Source: an uncultured bacterium (GTDB taxonomy: Bacteria; Krumholzibacteriota; Krumholzibacteriia; Krumholzibacteriales; Krumholzibacteriaceae). From it: 64,000 nucleotides of DNA. The notes beneath the pieces are model-generated. The model saw nothing but the letters and a program-made list of their open reading frames with translations, made no database searches and was not told where the DNA came from. Where the stretch lies: assembly GCA_963786935.1 (NCBI GenBank), contig CAWBAN010000004.1:307780-371779 (forward strand), in the 5' to 3' direction. The position numbers were made by a program, and so were the translations under genes. Below, piece by piece: positions 27,822 through 38,035 of the stretch. Position 1 is the stretch's first letter. Every line of letters starts with the position of its first letter.

Positions 27822-29234
27822 TCATGCGCGCCCGGCGATGGGCCGCTCCCTGACGTTGCAGACGATTGCCTTGAATTTCCCTGCCGCGGTTCTTTCGATC
27901 CTTTCCACGAGCTCGACTCCGATGTCGCAGCCCGGGCCCACGCGGTCGGCCAGATTCGCGGCGGCCATGGCGCCCATTCTGTCGGTGTAATCCGCGCCCG
28001 GGACCAACCGTATCCTGAACCGGTCATAGTCGTCTTGCACTATTTGCGCTTCCGCAATCCCGCTGCAATCCTTGAACACGGGATCGAGCCGGCCGATCCG
28101 CCGGCCGTCGCGCATAACCAGCATTTGGTCGAGGCGGCCCTCGATGTGCCCGAGCAGAGGGAGGCTCCTTCCGCACGCGCATGAGCCTTCCTTGAGCGAG
28201 CCGAAATCGCCGAGCCGGTACCGGATAAAGGGCTGCACGCCGTTCGCGATGCCGGTGCACACGAGAGTCCCCGCTTCACCCGGTCGCACGGGCCGATCAT
28301 GCTCGTCCAGCACTTCAATGAGGGAGATCTCCGGACTCAAGTGCATCGATCCGTGCTCGCACTCGGCCGCGAATATCGCGATCTCGCCGCACCCGTACTG
28401 GTTGTATGTCTTGCAGCCGAAGGCTCCGCGTATTGCTTCGCGGTGGTAATCGAAGAGCGCCTCCGCGGTGGTGAAACACGCCTTGAACGCGACGGGATCG
28501 AGCCGGTTGTCAATGATGTGTTTCGCGATCGTGTAGACGCTCGACGGATATCCCTCGATATAGTCCGCGCCGAACGCGCGAATCGTATCGACGTAGTGCG
28601 GCAGGTTGTCCGGCGAGAGGTGGTAACTCGACAGATAGAGCTGGTTCCATCGGGCGTTGTGAATCCAGAACGGCGGCTTGCGACGGCCGGGCGCCGCGAC
28701 CAGTATGCCGCCGATGCTTACCGAGCGATTGATCCGGCGACGCATCCCCGCCACTCCATGGCACCGGGCCTCCATGAACGCATTGGCAAGGGAGTTGGTA
28801 CGAACATCGCGGTAGAGGCGAAGCGGTGTGCCCGTCGTGCCGGAGGTATGCAGGACGACCAGGCCGCTTCCTGCCATCCGTTCGTCCACCAAATTCCGCT
28901 CTTGCGTTCTCGCCGTCGCTTTCTCGAGCAGCGGCAGCTTCGACAGGTCATCCGGCATCCTGATGGATGCCGGATCGATTCCGTGCGCGCGGAAGAGATT
29001 CCGATAGTAGGGCACGTGACACGCCGCATGGATGATCATCCCGCGGAGCTTGCGCAGCTGATACTCCTGGAGCTCATCCCGGGACCATCGGTCATGAGCG
29101 GATATCTCATCGATAATGTCATGGAAATCGCGTCCGTAGCGCTCGCGTTCCATCCTCCATGAGCCCACGTAGGTGGCGGCCTTTTTCGCGGCGTACGGCA
29201 GTTTCCAATACAATCGGGTCGCCCGAGCCGTCAT
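27822..29234 (-). CDS. Phenylacetate-CoA ligase family (CapK-like) adenylate-forming enzyme
   Basis: VPYYR, TSGTTGTP, YGCGE, IRYRLGD and EGR motifs. Confidence 0.88.
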   Translation of the reverse strand: MTARATRLYWKLPYAAKKAATYVGSWRMERERYGRDFHDIIDEISAHDRWSRDELQEYQLRKLRGMIIHAACHVPYYRNLFRAHGIDPASIRMPDDLSKLPLLEKATARTQERNLVDERMAGSGLVVLHTSGTTGTPLRLYRDVRTNSLANAFMEARCHGVAGMRRRINRSVSIGGILVAAPGRRKPPFWIHNARWNQLYLSSYHLSPDNLPHYVDTIRAFGADYIEGYPSSVYTIAKHIIDNRLDPVAFKACFTTAEALFDYHREAIRGAFGCKTYNQYGCGEIAIFAAECEHGSMHLSPEISLIEVLDEHDRPVRPGEAGTLVCTGIANGVQPFIRYRLGDFGSLKEGSCACGRSLPLLGHIEGRLDQMLVMRDGRRIGRLDPVFKDCSGIAEAQIVQDDYDRFRIRLVPGADYTDRMGAMAAANLADRVGPGCDIGVELVERIERTAAGKFKAIVCNVRERPIAGRA

Positions 29235-29263
29235 TCTTCATCTCCTCGCCGCCGCGAGCAGGC

Positions 29264-30772
29264 TCACGGGGTGAGCTCGATCTGCCCTTTCCAGCCGAAA
29301 TGAGGCTCGAACTTGAGCGAGCGCGCCGGATCCAAGTCCTTCAATGCCCCGCTCCATGCGGGATTGGTGCTGGTAACGCGGATATCCTCGTACGAAAAGC
29401 CCGCGAGCGGCAATTCGCGACGGCCGAAGGCGTTTCGGATCAAGGCGAGCTTTAGGGGATCGAAACCCATGATCCAAGCCGAGACGGCATCCACGGCGAC
29501 GGGGTTGCAGCCGATGACGATCAAGCCCGCCGCGACGGGATCGGGGGCCGCGGGCCCGTCGCCTTCACCGGCGACGATCCCATCGACGATGCCGAGATAC
29601 CGTTTGGGCCGCCGGCCGGGGAAGTCCTCGCCGTCGGAGTAGAGCAGACAAGCGTTGATGTCGTGCACCATCCGCCAGCAGGTGTCATTCCCGTGCCAGT
29701 TTCCGGTGCGGATCACGTGCCGGGTGTCCCCCCAGATGTCCCTGCCGATCTTCTTCGCCGCCCGGAAAGCGGGAGACATGACGTTCCGGGTTCGGAGCAT
29801 CCACCGTTCAAATGACCGGATGCCGAATTGCTCGAGCATCCTCTTCGGCGTCGGCTCCGGGAACGCGTCTCCGCCCTCATGGGGGAAGCCGTCGGTATAA
29901 TGGGGAAGCCAGTTCCTGCCCGCATTTATCCCGACCAGATTCTTGAGGCACAAGGTAGTCCCCACCTTCTTGTGTGTTTTCATTTTGGGGAGGTTGATGA
30001 ACACGTCGGCGTCGGCGCACGTCCTGGAAAGCAAGTATTCATGTTTGCCCTGCTGGTGATGGCGATTCGTTTCAGTTTGGTCATAATCCGAGCCGTGGAG
30101 CCTGTTCGTCTCGGGCCGGCCGCTGAATGCGCTCCGCGTCCCGAGATCGTACATGCGCGAGCCGGCCGGATCGCCGGGAAGACGCTCCCTCTTGTTGACA
30201 ACGTCTTCTCTGATGTCGGGCCACCACTCGGGGCGAAGATCGAGCAGGTGAATCGGAAGGCTCCCCCACATGGATTTCTCGAATTCGAGAATGTGGTCCA
30301 GCCCCGTGAGCGAGACGATCTTGCTCCAATTCGCGTCGAACTGAGGGCCGTCGGCGATCCAGATTTCACCGTGCCCATCGAGGGCCAGAGCCACATAGTC
30401 GATCACGGCCCGGATAATTGATCCGTTCGTGATGACGTAATCCCAGTCTTGGTGCTTGAAGCGGTGGGAATGGGCCAGGAAATTCGGCTTGAGCACGACC
30501 CGGTCCCCCGGAAAGACGATCGTCTTCAAGGGATTCCATCGATTCGTTCCGTAGTTCTCGGGATCCAATTTCATCAGTCGGAATGTGTCGCGCAACGCGG
30601 CGTATACCGGATTCCGGGGACCGACGATGCCCCGGTACTCCGGATAGGCAGTGTCGGGATGGAACGGCGGCTGCGTCGGATACCCCTCGACATGGGCGTC
30701 GTTGACATAAATATCTGCGGAGGTCAGCGTCATATGATCGGACATAACCATGGGATTCTGATCCAATCGCAC
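29264..30772 (-). CDS. DUF362 domain (Fe-S) protein; start uncertain
   Basis: VVLKPN, INLPKMKTHKKVG..LCLKN, DGIVAGEGDGP and NPVAVD. Confidence 0.85.
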   Translation of the reverse strand: MRLDQNPMVMSDHMTLTSADIYVNDAHVEGYPTQPPFHPDTAYPEYRGIVGPRNPVYAALRDTFRLMKLDPENYGTNRWNPLKTIVFPGDRVVLKPNFLAHSHRFKHQDWDYVITNGSIIRAVIDYVALALDGHGEIWIADGPQFDANWSKIVSLTGLDHILEFEKSMWGSLPIHLLDLRPEWWPDIREDVVNKRERLPGDPAGSRMYDLGTRSAFSGRPETNRLHGSDYDQTETNRHHQQGKHEYLLSRTCADADVFINLPKMKTHKKVGTTLCLKNLVGINAGRNWLPHYTDGFPHEGGDAFPEPTPKRMLEQFGIRSFERWMLRTRNVMSPAFRAAKKIGRDIWGDTRHVIRTGNWHGNDTCWRMVHDINACLLYSDGEDFPGRRPKRYLGIVDGIVAGEGDGPAAPDPVAAGLIVIGCNPVAVDAVSAWIMGFDPLKLALIRNAFGRRELPLAGFSYEDIRVTSTNPAWSGALKDLDPARSLKFEPHFGWKGQIELTP

Positions 30773-30884
30773 GTGGCGGCCTCTGGTGAAGCGCGACAGC
30801 CTGATTCCGGATCATTATAGCATAAGGGTCACGCGCGGAGCCAGGGCTTCGGGGGATCAAGAAATAGGCTCCGATCCTTTTTGA

Positions 30885-31243
30885 TGGTGGAGGCGGCGGG
30901 AATCGAACCCGCGTCCGAAGATGCTTCCGCGAGGGCGTCTACGTGCGTAGCCTGTCGAGTTTTGTTCGCCCCGCGAAGCCTCAACAGGCAGGGGGTTCGC
31001 GGAACTAGCTCCTGTTCTTTTCGCGTGCAAACCCGGAGCGGGTCGACACGCTAGCCGTCGGTAATCGACGCCCGGTTTCCATCCCCGTCGGCGCAGATGG
31101 AGCGGACGGGTCGCCTAATTAATTAGGCAGCCAGTGCCAACTGATTGTCGGCAGTTGTTGTTCGCCACCTGATTTACGAGGTTGATGGCATCCTCGGCAC
31201 GCTTCCCTGGCCTCTATCATCCCCGTCGAATCCATTCGCCCCC
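30885..31243 (-). ncRNA. ssrA: tmRNA; tag reading frame (A)ADNQLALAA at 31123-31152
   Basis: 5' GGGGGCG..GGATTCGAC; 3' GGACGCGGGTTCGATTCCCGCCGCCTCCACCA; tag ends LAA-TAA; 359 nt. Confidence 0.95.
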
Positions 31244-31273
31244 ACACGAGAAGGCCTGGATAAGCCGATAAGT

Positions 31274-31302
31274 AGTATAGCCATATTCTTCTCGAAAGTA
31301 AA
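31274..31302 (-). promoter_or_regulatory. Sigma70 promoter of ssrA (TTTACT-N17-TATACT)
   Basis: Near-consensus boxes about 30 nt upstream of the mature 5' end. Confidence 0.6.
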
Positions 31303-31492
31303 GGAGCGAAGCCGCCTATTAAGGCGATCGTCGCCACGGCGGAAGAACCCAGAAGATCGCGTCAAGTATTATTTACGGCGGAAACGCGCTATCTAGTTCA
31401 AAGATAAAAAATTCGCTTGCCTTCAATTCCCCCGTTCGTGGTAAAATCTTCTCTATAAATCCACCCTTTCCCCACCAGCGCAGGAGGTCCTT

Positions 31493-32587
31493 ATGAAGCA
31501 CTCCTCAAGGTTCCTGCTGGTTCTCCTTGTCGTGGCTCTGGCCTTCGGGAGCTTCGTCGGCTGCTCGAAGGAAGAGACGCCGGCGGCGCCTCCGAGCGGA
31601 CAGACGGATCTGCTGATGAACGCTTCGAATCCGTCGTTCCAGCGGGCCATGGCGATCCAGGACAAGCACACAACGAAGCTCATGGCCGATCCTGACGTTA
31701 TCGGCACCGCCACCACGATCGGCGACGACGGAAACCCGGCGATCATGGTGCTCGTACTGAACGAAAAGGCCGCCCTCGGCGTGCCGACGAAGCTCGATGA
31801 CGTCAACACCGTTGTCGTGCTGACCGACCGGATCGTGGCTATGAAAACAACTACTTTGAGCCACACCGCGAAGCAGACCCCCCCGATCCAGCTCGGGACC
31901 TCCGGCGGCTGGCGATATGATCTCGCGAACGGCTACTGCTGCGGCGGGACGCTCGGATCGCTGATCCAGGTGGGCGGCCAGAAGCGGATCCTCAGCAACT
32001 ATCACGTGTTCGAGGCCGATATCGTGGCCGGCGGGAACAGCCGCGTGGCCGCGACCGGCGACTACATCATTCAGCCCGGCCTGATCGATGTGAGCTGCGT
32101 CGCTACCAACGCGCAGAACGTCGCGACGCTCGTCAAAACGAGCAGCCTCCCCGGCAGCAACGTCGACTGCTCGAGCGCGGCGATCATCACCGGCATGGTC
32201 AGGGACGACGGCGCGATCCTCGAGATCGGGGTGCTCTCTTCCTCGACGGTTGCCGCTTCCGTGGGCCAACTGGTCAAGAAGAGCGGCCGCACGACCGGTC
32301 TCACCCGGAGCTATGTCAGCGGCTTGAACGGCACTGTGAGCATCGCGTACGAGAACGAGTGCGCGGGCGGCGATGCGTTCACCAAGACGTTCACGGGTCA
32401 GATCCTCGTCTACCAGAAGAGAAGCTCGTTCCTCGCGGGCGGCGACTCGGGATCGCTCATGGTCCAGGACGTGACGACGAACCCGAAGGCCATCGGTCTT
32501 CTCTTCGCCGGCAGCACCTCGCTCGCCATCGCGAACCCGATCAACTCGGTGCTCTCGTTCCTGGGCGCCACGATGGTCGGCATCTGA
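31493..32587 (+). CDS. Nal1-like trypsin-fold serine protease lipoprotein
   Basis: Lipobox FVGC; GTLG, SNYHV (His), NVDC (Asp), KSGRTTG, GDSGS (Ser) and GLLFAG. Confidence 0.85.
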   Translation: MKHSSRFLLVLLVVALAFGSFVGCSKEETPAAPPSGQTDLLMNASNPSFQRAMAIQDKHTTKLMADPDVIGTATTIGDDGNPAIMVLVLNEKAALGVPTKLDDVNTVVVLTDRIVAMKTTTLSHTAKQTPPIQLGTSGGWRYDLANGYCCGGTLGSLIQVGGQKRILSNYHVFEADIVAGGNSRVAATGDYIIQPGLIDVSCVATNAQNVATLVKTSSLPGSNVDCSSAAIITGMVRDDGAILEIGVLSSSTVAASVGQLVKKSGRTTGLTRSYVSGLNGTVSIAYENECAGGDAFTKTFTGQILVYQKRSSFLAGGDSGSLMVQDVTTNPKAIGLLFAGSTSLAIANPINSVLSFLGATMVGI

Positions 32588-32634
32588 AGCAGGGGGGACC
32601 CCACTTTTCCCCGATGCTTCGTTGAGCAAGCGAA

Positions 32635-32672
32635 CGCCCGCCCCGCGCTGTGCTGGGGCGGGCGCTTTATTT
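32635..32672 (+). terminator. Intrinsic terminator after the protease gene
   Basis: CGCCCGCCCC...GGGGCGGGCG followed by ctttattt. Confidence 0.65.
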
Positions 32673-32738
32673 AGACATGGCCATGATGCGCAAATCGGTG
32701 AAGCCTCAGCAGAGATGCGACTCGGCGAAGGGGTGGGA

Positions 32739-33107
32739 ATGATGCGATTCGGCACCGGTAAAGCGCATCGGTGCACGGCAGCCGCTTTCCTCATTCTGGC
32801 CGCGGCGCTCGCCGTTCAGGGCGCCGGGTGCGGAAAGGGCCCCGAGAAGGAAAGGGGAAGCTCCTCGATGTCGATGGATGACGCGATCCGCGTAATGGAT
32901 GCTCACGTGAACGAGCTCATGGCGATTCCCGGCGTCGTCGGCGTCGCGGTCGGCGCGCTCGAGAGCGGCGCTCCGTGCATTCAGGTGCTCGTCGTGAAGA
33001 AGACGCCGGAGCACGACAATCGCGTTCCGAAGAAGATCGAGGGTTTTCCCGTCGTTATCCAGGTGACCGGAGAGATCCGACCGATGCCCGGCGATTCGTC
33101 CCGCTGA
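32739..33107 (+). CDS. Small lipoprotein homologous to the prodomain of the adjacent protease
   Basis: Lipobox GAGC; AIRVMDAHVNELMAIPGVVGV...PCIQVLV...VPKKIEGFPVVIQVTGEIRPM. Confidence 0.75.
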   Translation: MMRFGTGKAHRCTAAAFLILAAALAVQGAGCGKGPEKERGSSSMSMDDAIRVMDAHVNELMAIPGVVGVAVGALESGAPCIQVLVVKKTPEHDNRVPKKIEGFPVVIQVTGEIRPMPGDSSR

Positions 33108-33110
33108 GAC

Positions 33111-34637
33111 TCACCAGCTCACGCCCGCCCTCGCGAACATCCCGTGAAGCTCCGCGCGCTCCCGCGCGTTGATCGCTTCGGTCCACAGGTCGACGTAGTT
33201 GCGGTCGTCGGTGAGAACCGGCACGCCGCGCATGTCGGGCTCGAAGCGGTTGTCCCATGCGTGCGCCCGGTCGTACTCGGGCGAGAAGCGGTCGATGGGG
33301 ACGGGCGGGTCCTGGCGGAGCTCGAGGGATCTGTTCGAGGCGAAGAGAATGACGTTGCCGAGCTGATCGGGGGGCTCCATCGTCGGCAGGGCCCGGACGT
33401 TCGAGAACTGCGTCCTGAGCGTCGCGGCGAGGGAGCGGACGATCGTGTCGTGCCAGCCGATCGCCTGCAGGTTGAGCGTGAAGACGCCGCCGGGCGCGAG
33501 CCGCGACGCCATGAGGGCGAACGCCTCCCGCGAGGCGAGATGGAACGGAATCGCGCTCGACCCGAACGCGTCGAGAACGATGAGGTCGTAGACGCCCGCC
33601 GTGGACAGGAGAAATTGCCGGCCGTCCATCCGGTGAATCCGCGCCTCGTGCTCGGCGAGGCCGAAATAATCGGTCGCCACCCGCGCGACGAGCGGATCGA
33701 TCTCGACCGCGTCGATATCCCAGCCCTCCGCGTGGAATCGCTTCACGACCGAGCCGCCGCCGAGTCCGATGACGAGCATGCGTCCCGGTTTATCGAAATA
33801 GCCGCGGGTGATGTCGATCACGTTGACGTAGGACATGACCGACGAATAGAAGAGCGTCGTGTCGACGGCGGTGTGGATGGCCCCGTCGATGAGGAGGTAG
33901 CGGAATTCGTTATCGTTCACCACGCGGATCTCTCCGTAGGGGCTCTGGCCGGCGAAGGCGAGGCCGTGCTCGGGATCGGGCCTGTTCTCGTGAGAAGCGC
34001 CGATGAGCGCCGCGCCCGCCGCGAGAATAACGATGGGGATGACGAGCTTCGCGGCCGGCGCGCGTTTCCCGAGGAATCCGGGAATCGCCGTGGCGATGAG
34101 GATCGCTCCGACCGCGAGCGTCAGGCGATACACGCCGAAGTTCGGGATCAGGTAGAATCCGGTGAGGAGCGCCGCGACGACGCTCGCCAGGGTCGAAACG
34201 GCGTAGAGATTTCCCGCCGAGCGCCCGATCTCTTCGATGCGCGATGCGCGCAGCTTGATCGCGTACGGGCTCACCATGCCGAGGAGCATGAGCGGGATGA
34301 AGAAGAGGATCAGCGCCGCGGCGAGCGCCGCGAACCGGAGGCCGAACGGTTCGGCGAGATGCAGGAGCGGGTTTCTGATCCACGGAACGGCGACGAGCCA
34401 GACGCCCGCCCCGGCGAGGAGCGAGCCGAGCCGCGGGTAGGTGGCCCCCCGGTCGGCCCATCGTCCGCCGAGAGCGTATCCGGCGGCGAGCGCGGCGAGC
34501 GTCACCGTGATGAGCGCCGACCAGAGAAAGAGGCTCACCCCGTAGAAGGGCCCCAGGATTCTCGTGCCGAGGATTTCAATCGCGAGCACCGAAGCGCCGC
34601 TGATGGAGATCGAAAGGTAGAGGTATTTGTGTTTCAT
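33111..34637 (-). CDS. Fused MFS-like membrane domain/spermidine synthase-like protein
   Basis: EILGTRILGPFYG, GYALGGRWAD, VIGLGGG, VEIDP and IVLDAF. Confidence 0.9.
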   Translation of the reverse strand: MKHKYLYLSISISGASVLAIEILGTRILGPFYGVSLFLWSALITVTLAALAAGYALGGRWADRGATYPRLGSLLAGAGVWLVAVPWIRNPLLHLAEPFGLRFAALAAALILFFIPLMLLGMVSPYAIKLRASRIEEIGRSAGNLYAVSTLASVVAALLTGFYLIPNFGVYRLTLAVGAILIATAIPGFLGKRAPAAKLVIPIVILAAGAALIGASHENRPDPEHGLAFAGQSPYGEIRVVNDNEFRYLLIDGAIHTAVDTTLFYSSVMSYVNVIDITRGYFDKPGRMLVIGLGGGSVVKRFHAEGWDIDAVEIDPLVARVATDYFGLAEHEARIHRMDGRQFLLSTAGVYDLIVLDAFGSSAIPFHLASREAFALMASRLAPGGVFTLNLQAIGWHDTIVRSLAATLRTQFSNVRALPTMEPPDQLGNVILFASNRSLELRQDPPVPIDRFSPEYDRAHAWDNRFEPDMRGVPVLTDDRNYVDLWTEAINARERAELHGMFARAGVSW

Positions 34638-34740
34638 GGGCTTAGCATATACCAAGTCGCGCGGAGGATGCAACAGGGTGAGTGAAATTGTATGCAGGGG
34701 GTATGTATGGTTGGGTTTCAAATGCAGGTCAAGTATAGCT

Positions 34741-34772
34741 TACATTATGTATTGCATTATATACGTAATGTA
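34741..34772. promoter_or_regulatory. AT-rich 12-bp inverted repeat, putative XRE operator
   Basis: TACATTATGTAT-N8-ATACGTAATGTA (11/12 symmetric) between divergent genes. Confidence 0.55.
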
Positions 34773-34848
34773 CTGTATATATTACTGGTCATTTGAAAGA
34801 CATGCATGACTCGCGACCCGATGTCGGGTTGCCGCAGGAGACGGCTTC

Positions 34849-35082
34849 ATGAAATTGGGTAATAACCTCAAGCGCTTCAGATTCGAATACGATTGCCTCT
34901 CGCAGGCTGCGCTCGCCCGGGAGATAGGCGTCTCTCGCCAGACGATCATCGCGATCGAGAAGGGCCGCCTCGTGCCTTCGACACTTCTCGCTTTGAGGTT
35001 CGCGCGCTTCTTCAGGGCGCCGGTTGATGAGATCTTCTTCATCGCCGACGGGGAATGGCCGCCGAAACGTCGGGAGTTATAG
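34849..35082 (+). CDS. XRE/Cro-family HTH transcriptional regulator
   Basis: [22 protein letters not shown]...PS. Confidence 0.9.
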   Translation: MKLGNNLKRFRFEYDCLSQAALAREIGVSRQTIIAIEKGRLVPSTLLALRFARFFRAPVDEIFFIADGEWPPKRREL

Positions 35083-35267
35083 GGAGGCGGGAACGCCCGC
35101 GATGGCGGGGGTGATCGTTGTGGGCGGGAGCGCCCTCCGCGCCCGGCGAAGCGCCCGTGCAAGCGCCATTTTGCGTTTGCTTTTGCCCCGCCGCGGGATT
35201 AGAATCCGCGCGTTTCTCGACGCATCGACACCCAACACACCGTTTCTCGACGACAGGAGGGTTCCCG

Positions 35268-37994
35268 ATGAAGAGAGTGGTTTTCGCGCTGGCGGCTCTG
35301 CTCGTGCTGGCCGGCGCCGCAGGGGCCGCGATCGACGGCGCGTATCTGAAGAAGCTTCCGCCGATCATCGATCGCGAAGTGCTCTTCGGCGATCCGCAGA
35401 TCGCGAGCGGGCAGCTGTCCCCCGACGGCTCGCACATTTCGTTCCTCAAGCCGTACAAGAACATCCTGAACATCTGGGTCAAGGGGACGAACGAGCCCTT
35501 CGCCGCGGCGCGCCCCGTCACCGCGGACACGACGCGCCCCGTGCGCGGTTATTTCTGGAGCAAGGACGGCGCGTTCATCCTCTACATCCAGGACAAGGGG
35601 GGAGACGAGAACTGGCACATCTACGCGGTCGATCCGCGGGCGAAGCTCGAGGCGGGGCGGGACGTGCCCCCGGCGCGCGATCTCACGCCGTACGAGGGCG
35701 TCGCGGCGACCATATACGCGCTCCCCATGAACATGCCCGGCGTCATCTTCATCGGCCTCAACGACCGTGACGATCGCTTCCACGACGCGTACAAGCTCGA
35801 CATCGCCACGGGAGAGCGCACGCTCGTGAAGCAGAACGACGACGAGATCTCGAGCTGGATATTCGACCTCGAGGGCAATCTCAGGCTCGCCTCCAAGCAG
35901 ACCGCCGACGGGGGCACCGAGATTCTCCGCGTCGAGCCCGACACGATGGTCGTCGTCTACTCGTGCAGCAAGGACGAGACCGTCGACCCGATCCGTTTCC
36001 ACAGGGACGGGAAGCGTATCTACATGGCGTCGGACAAGGGCGCAGTCGTGAATTTCCAGCGTCTCGTGCTCTTCGATCCGGCGACGGGGACGGAGGAGCT
36101 CGTCGAGGCCGATCCGTTGAATCAGGTCGATTTCGGCGGCGCCGAGTTCTCGCACCGGACGGAGGAGCTCGTCGCGACGTACTACGTCGGGGACCGGCTC
36201 CGCGTCTATTTCCGGGACAAGGAATGGGAGAAGGACTACAAGCGCCTCCAGAAGCAGCTTCCCGACGGCGATATTTATCGCAGCTCCGCGACGAACGACG
36301 ACGCGGTGTGGCTCGTCGGCGTCACGAGCGACGTCGATCCGGGAGCGTCCTACATCTACCGGCGCGCGACGGGGAAGGCCGAGCTCCTGTACCGGCCGTA
36401 TCCCGACCTTCCGTCGAAGGACCTCGCCCCGATGAAGCCGATCGTGTACAAGAGCCGCGACGGCCTCGACATTCACGGCTACCTCACCGTGCCGAAAGGG
36501 GTCAAGGCGAAGAACCTCCCCGTTCTGTGCATGGTGCACGGCGGGCCGTGGTCGCGCGACGAATGGGGCTACGATCCGTACTCGCAGTTCTTCGCGAACC
36601 GCGGCTACGCGGTGTTTCAGATGAACTTCCGCGGCTCCTCCGGCTACGGCAAGGCGTTCCTCAACGCAGGAAACAAGCAGTGGGGGGACGCGATGCAGAA
36701 CGACATCACCGACGGCGTCGCGTATCTGGTCGAGAAAGGGATCGCCGATCCGAAGCAGATCGCTATCTTCGGCGGCTCGTACGGCGGGTACGCCACGCTC
36801 GCCGGGGTGGCCTTCACGCCGGATCTCTACGCGGCGGGCATCTCGTACGTCGGGCCCTCGAACATCATCACGCTGCTGAACTCGATCCCGCCCTACTGGG
36901 CCGTGCTGAAGAGCCTGTTCAACGAGCGCGTCGGCGATCCGTCGAAGCCCGAGGACGCCGAGCGTCTCAAGCGCCAGTCGCCCCTCTTCTCCGCCGAGAA
37001 GATCAAGGCGCCGCTCCTCGTCGTGCAGGGAGCGAACGATCCGCGCGTGAAGAAGGCCGAATCGGATCAGATCGTCGTGGCGCTCCGTGACCTCGGCCGC
37101 GACGTCGAGTACCTCGTCGCGCCGGACGAGGGGCACGGGTTCGCGGGGGTCGACAACCGGATGGCCTTCGCCGTCGCGGCCGAGAAGTTTCTCGCGAAGC
37201 ACCTCGGGGGGCGCGCTCAGGAATCCATGACCGACAAGGTGCGGAGCCGTCTCGAGACCCTCACCGTCGATCCGAAGACGGTTGTGCTCGCCGCGCCGGC
37301 GGCGGGGGCGGCCGCCGAAGCGGCGGCGCTCCCTGCGGTGGACGCAAGCCGTCTCAAGCCGATGTCGCTCGTGTATAAAGGGAACGTCCGCGCCGGCGGG
37401 CAGGAAATCGTGCTCGAGGTTACCCGCAACGTCATGAAGGCGTCGCTCGGCGATGCGTCGACGTGGCGCATCGCGACGAGCCAGACGAGCGGCGGGGAGA
37501 GCGCGGTCGACACCTTCGATCTCGACGCGACGACGCTGCTCCCGCTCCGCTGGGGCGTGCGCCAGGGCAACGCCACGGTCGTCGTCACCTTCAACGGGAC
37601 GGCGGTCAAGGGGGTCGTTCGGATGGGCCCGCAGGAGATGCCGATCGACGCGACGCTCGAGGCGCCCGTCTTCGGGGACGGCTCCGCGCTCGAGACGATC
37701 CTCGGCGCGTTCCCGCTCGCGCCGGGCTACGAGGCGACGCTGCGCACGTTCGATTTCCAGATGCAGAAGGCGCGCTCGATGTCGCTCAAGGTCACGGGCT
37801 CGGAGACCGTCACCGTGCCCGCGGGGACGTACGAATGCTTCAACGTCGAGCTCAAGCCGATCGGGGACGATTCGGGCGCCTCGCGGATCTGGGTGAGCGC
37901 GAAGGATCCCCGCTGCATGATCCGCGGCTCGTTCGACCTGCCGCCGCAGATGGGTGGAGGAACGGTCGAGATCGGGCTCGCGAGCATCAAGTAG
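35268..37994 (+). CDS. Secreted S9 (dipeptidyl/acylaminoacyl) peptidase with extra C-terminal DUF3108-like domain
   Basis: HGGPW, GGSYGGY, NDPRV and DEGHGF; signal peptide; tail contains [10 protein letters not shown]. Confidence 0.92.
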   Translation: MKRVVFALAALLVLAGAAGAAIDGAYLKKLPPIIDREVLFGDPQIASGQLSPDGSHISFLKPYKNILNIWVKGTNEPFAAARPVTADTTRPVRGYFWSKDGAFILYIQDKGGDENWHIYAVDPRAKLEAGRDVPPARDLTPYEGVAATIYALPMNMPGVIFIGLNDRDDRFHDAYKLDIATGERTLVKQNDDEISSWIFDLEGNLRLASKQTADGGTEILRVEPDTMVVVYSCSKDETVDPIRFHRDGKRIYMASDKGAVVNFQRLVLFDPATGTEELVEADPLNQVDFGGAEFSHRTEELVATYYVGDRLRVYFRDKEWEKDYKRLQKQLPDGDIYRSSATNDDAVWLVGVTSDVDPGASYIYRRATGKAELLYRPYPDLPSKDLAPMKPIVYKSRDGLDIHGYLTVPKGVKAKNLPVLCMVHGGPWSRDEWGYDPYSQFFANRGYAVFQMNFRGSSGYGKAFLNAGNKQWGDAMQNDITDGVAYLVEKGIADPKQIAIFGGSYGGYATLAGVAFTPDLYAAGISYVGPSNIITLLNSIPPYWAVLKSLFNERVGDPSKPEDAERLKRQSPLFSAEKIKAPLLVVQGANDPRVKKAESDQIVVALRDLGRDVEYLVAPDEGHGFAGVDNRMAFAVAAEKFLAKHLGGRAQESMTDKVRSRLETLTVDPKTVVLAAPAAGAAAEAAALPAVDASRLKPMSLVYKGNVRAGGQEIVLEVTRNVMKASLGDASTWRIATSQTSGGESAVDTFDLDATTLLPLRWGVRQGNATVVVTFNGTAVKGVVRMGPQEMPIDATLEAPVFGDGSALETILGAFPLAPGYEATLRTFDFQMQKARSMSLKVTGSETVTVPAGTYECFNVELKPIGDDSGASRIWVSAKDPRCMIRGSFDLPPQMGGGTVEIGLASIK

Positions 37995-38035
37995 GAGGCG
38001 CCGGCGGGTCGCGCCGGCATGCAAAGGAGGAACAT

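Noticed and set aside
26361..30884. Integrative element at the ssrA 3' end
   Set aside because: No integrase and no duplicated ssrA 3' end (att site) seen in the window
30885..30920. tRNA gene
   Set aside because: The T-arm and CCA belong to the tmRNA; the matching 5' acceptor strand is about 350 nt away with a tag ORF between
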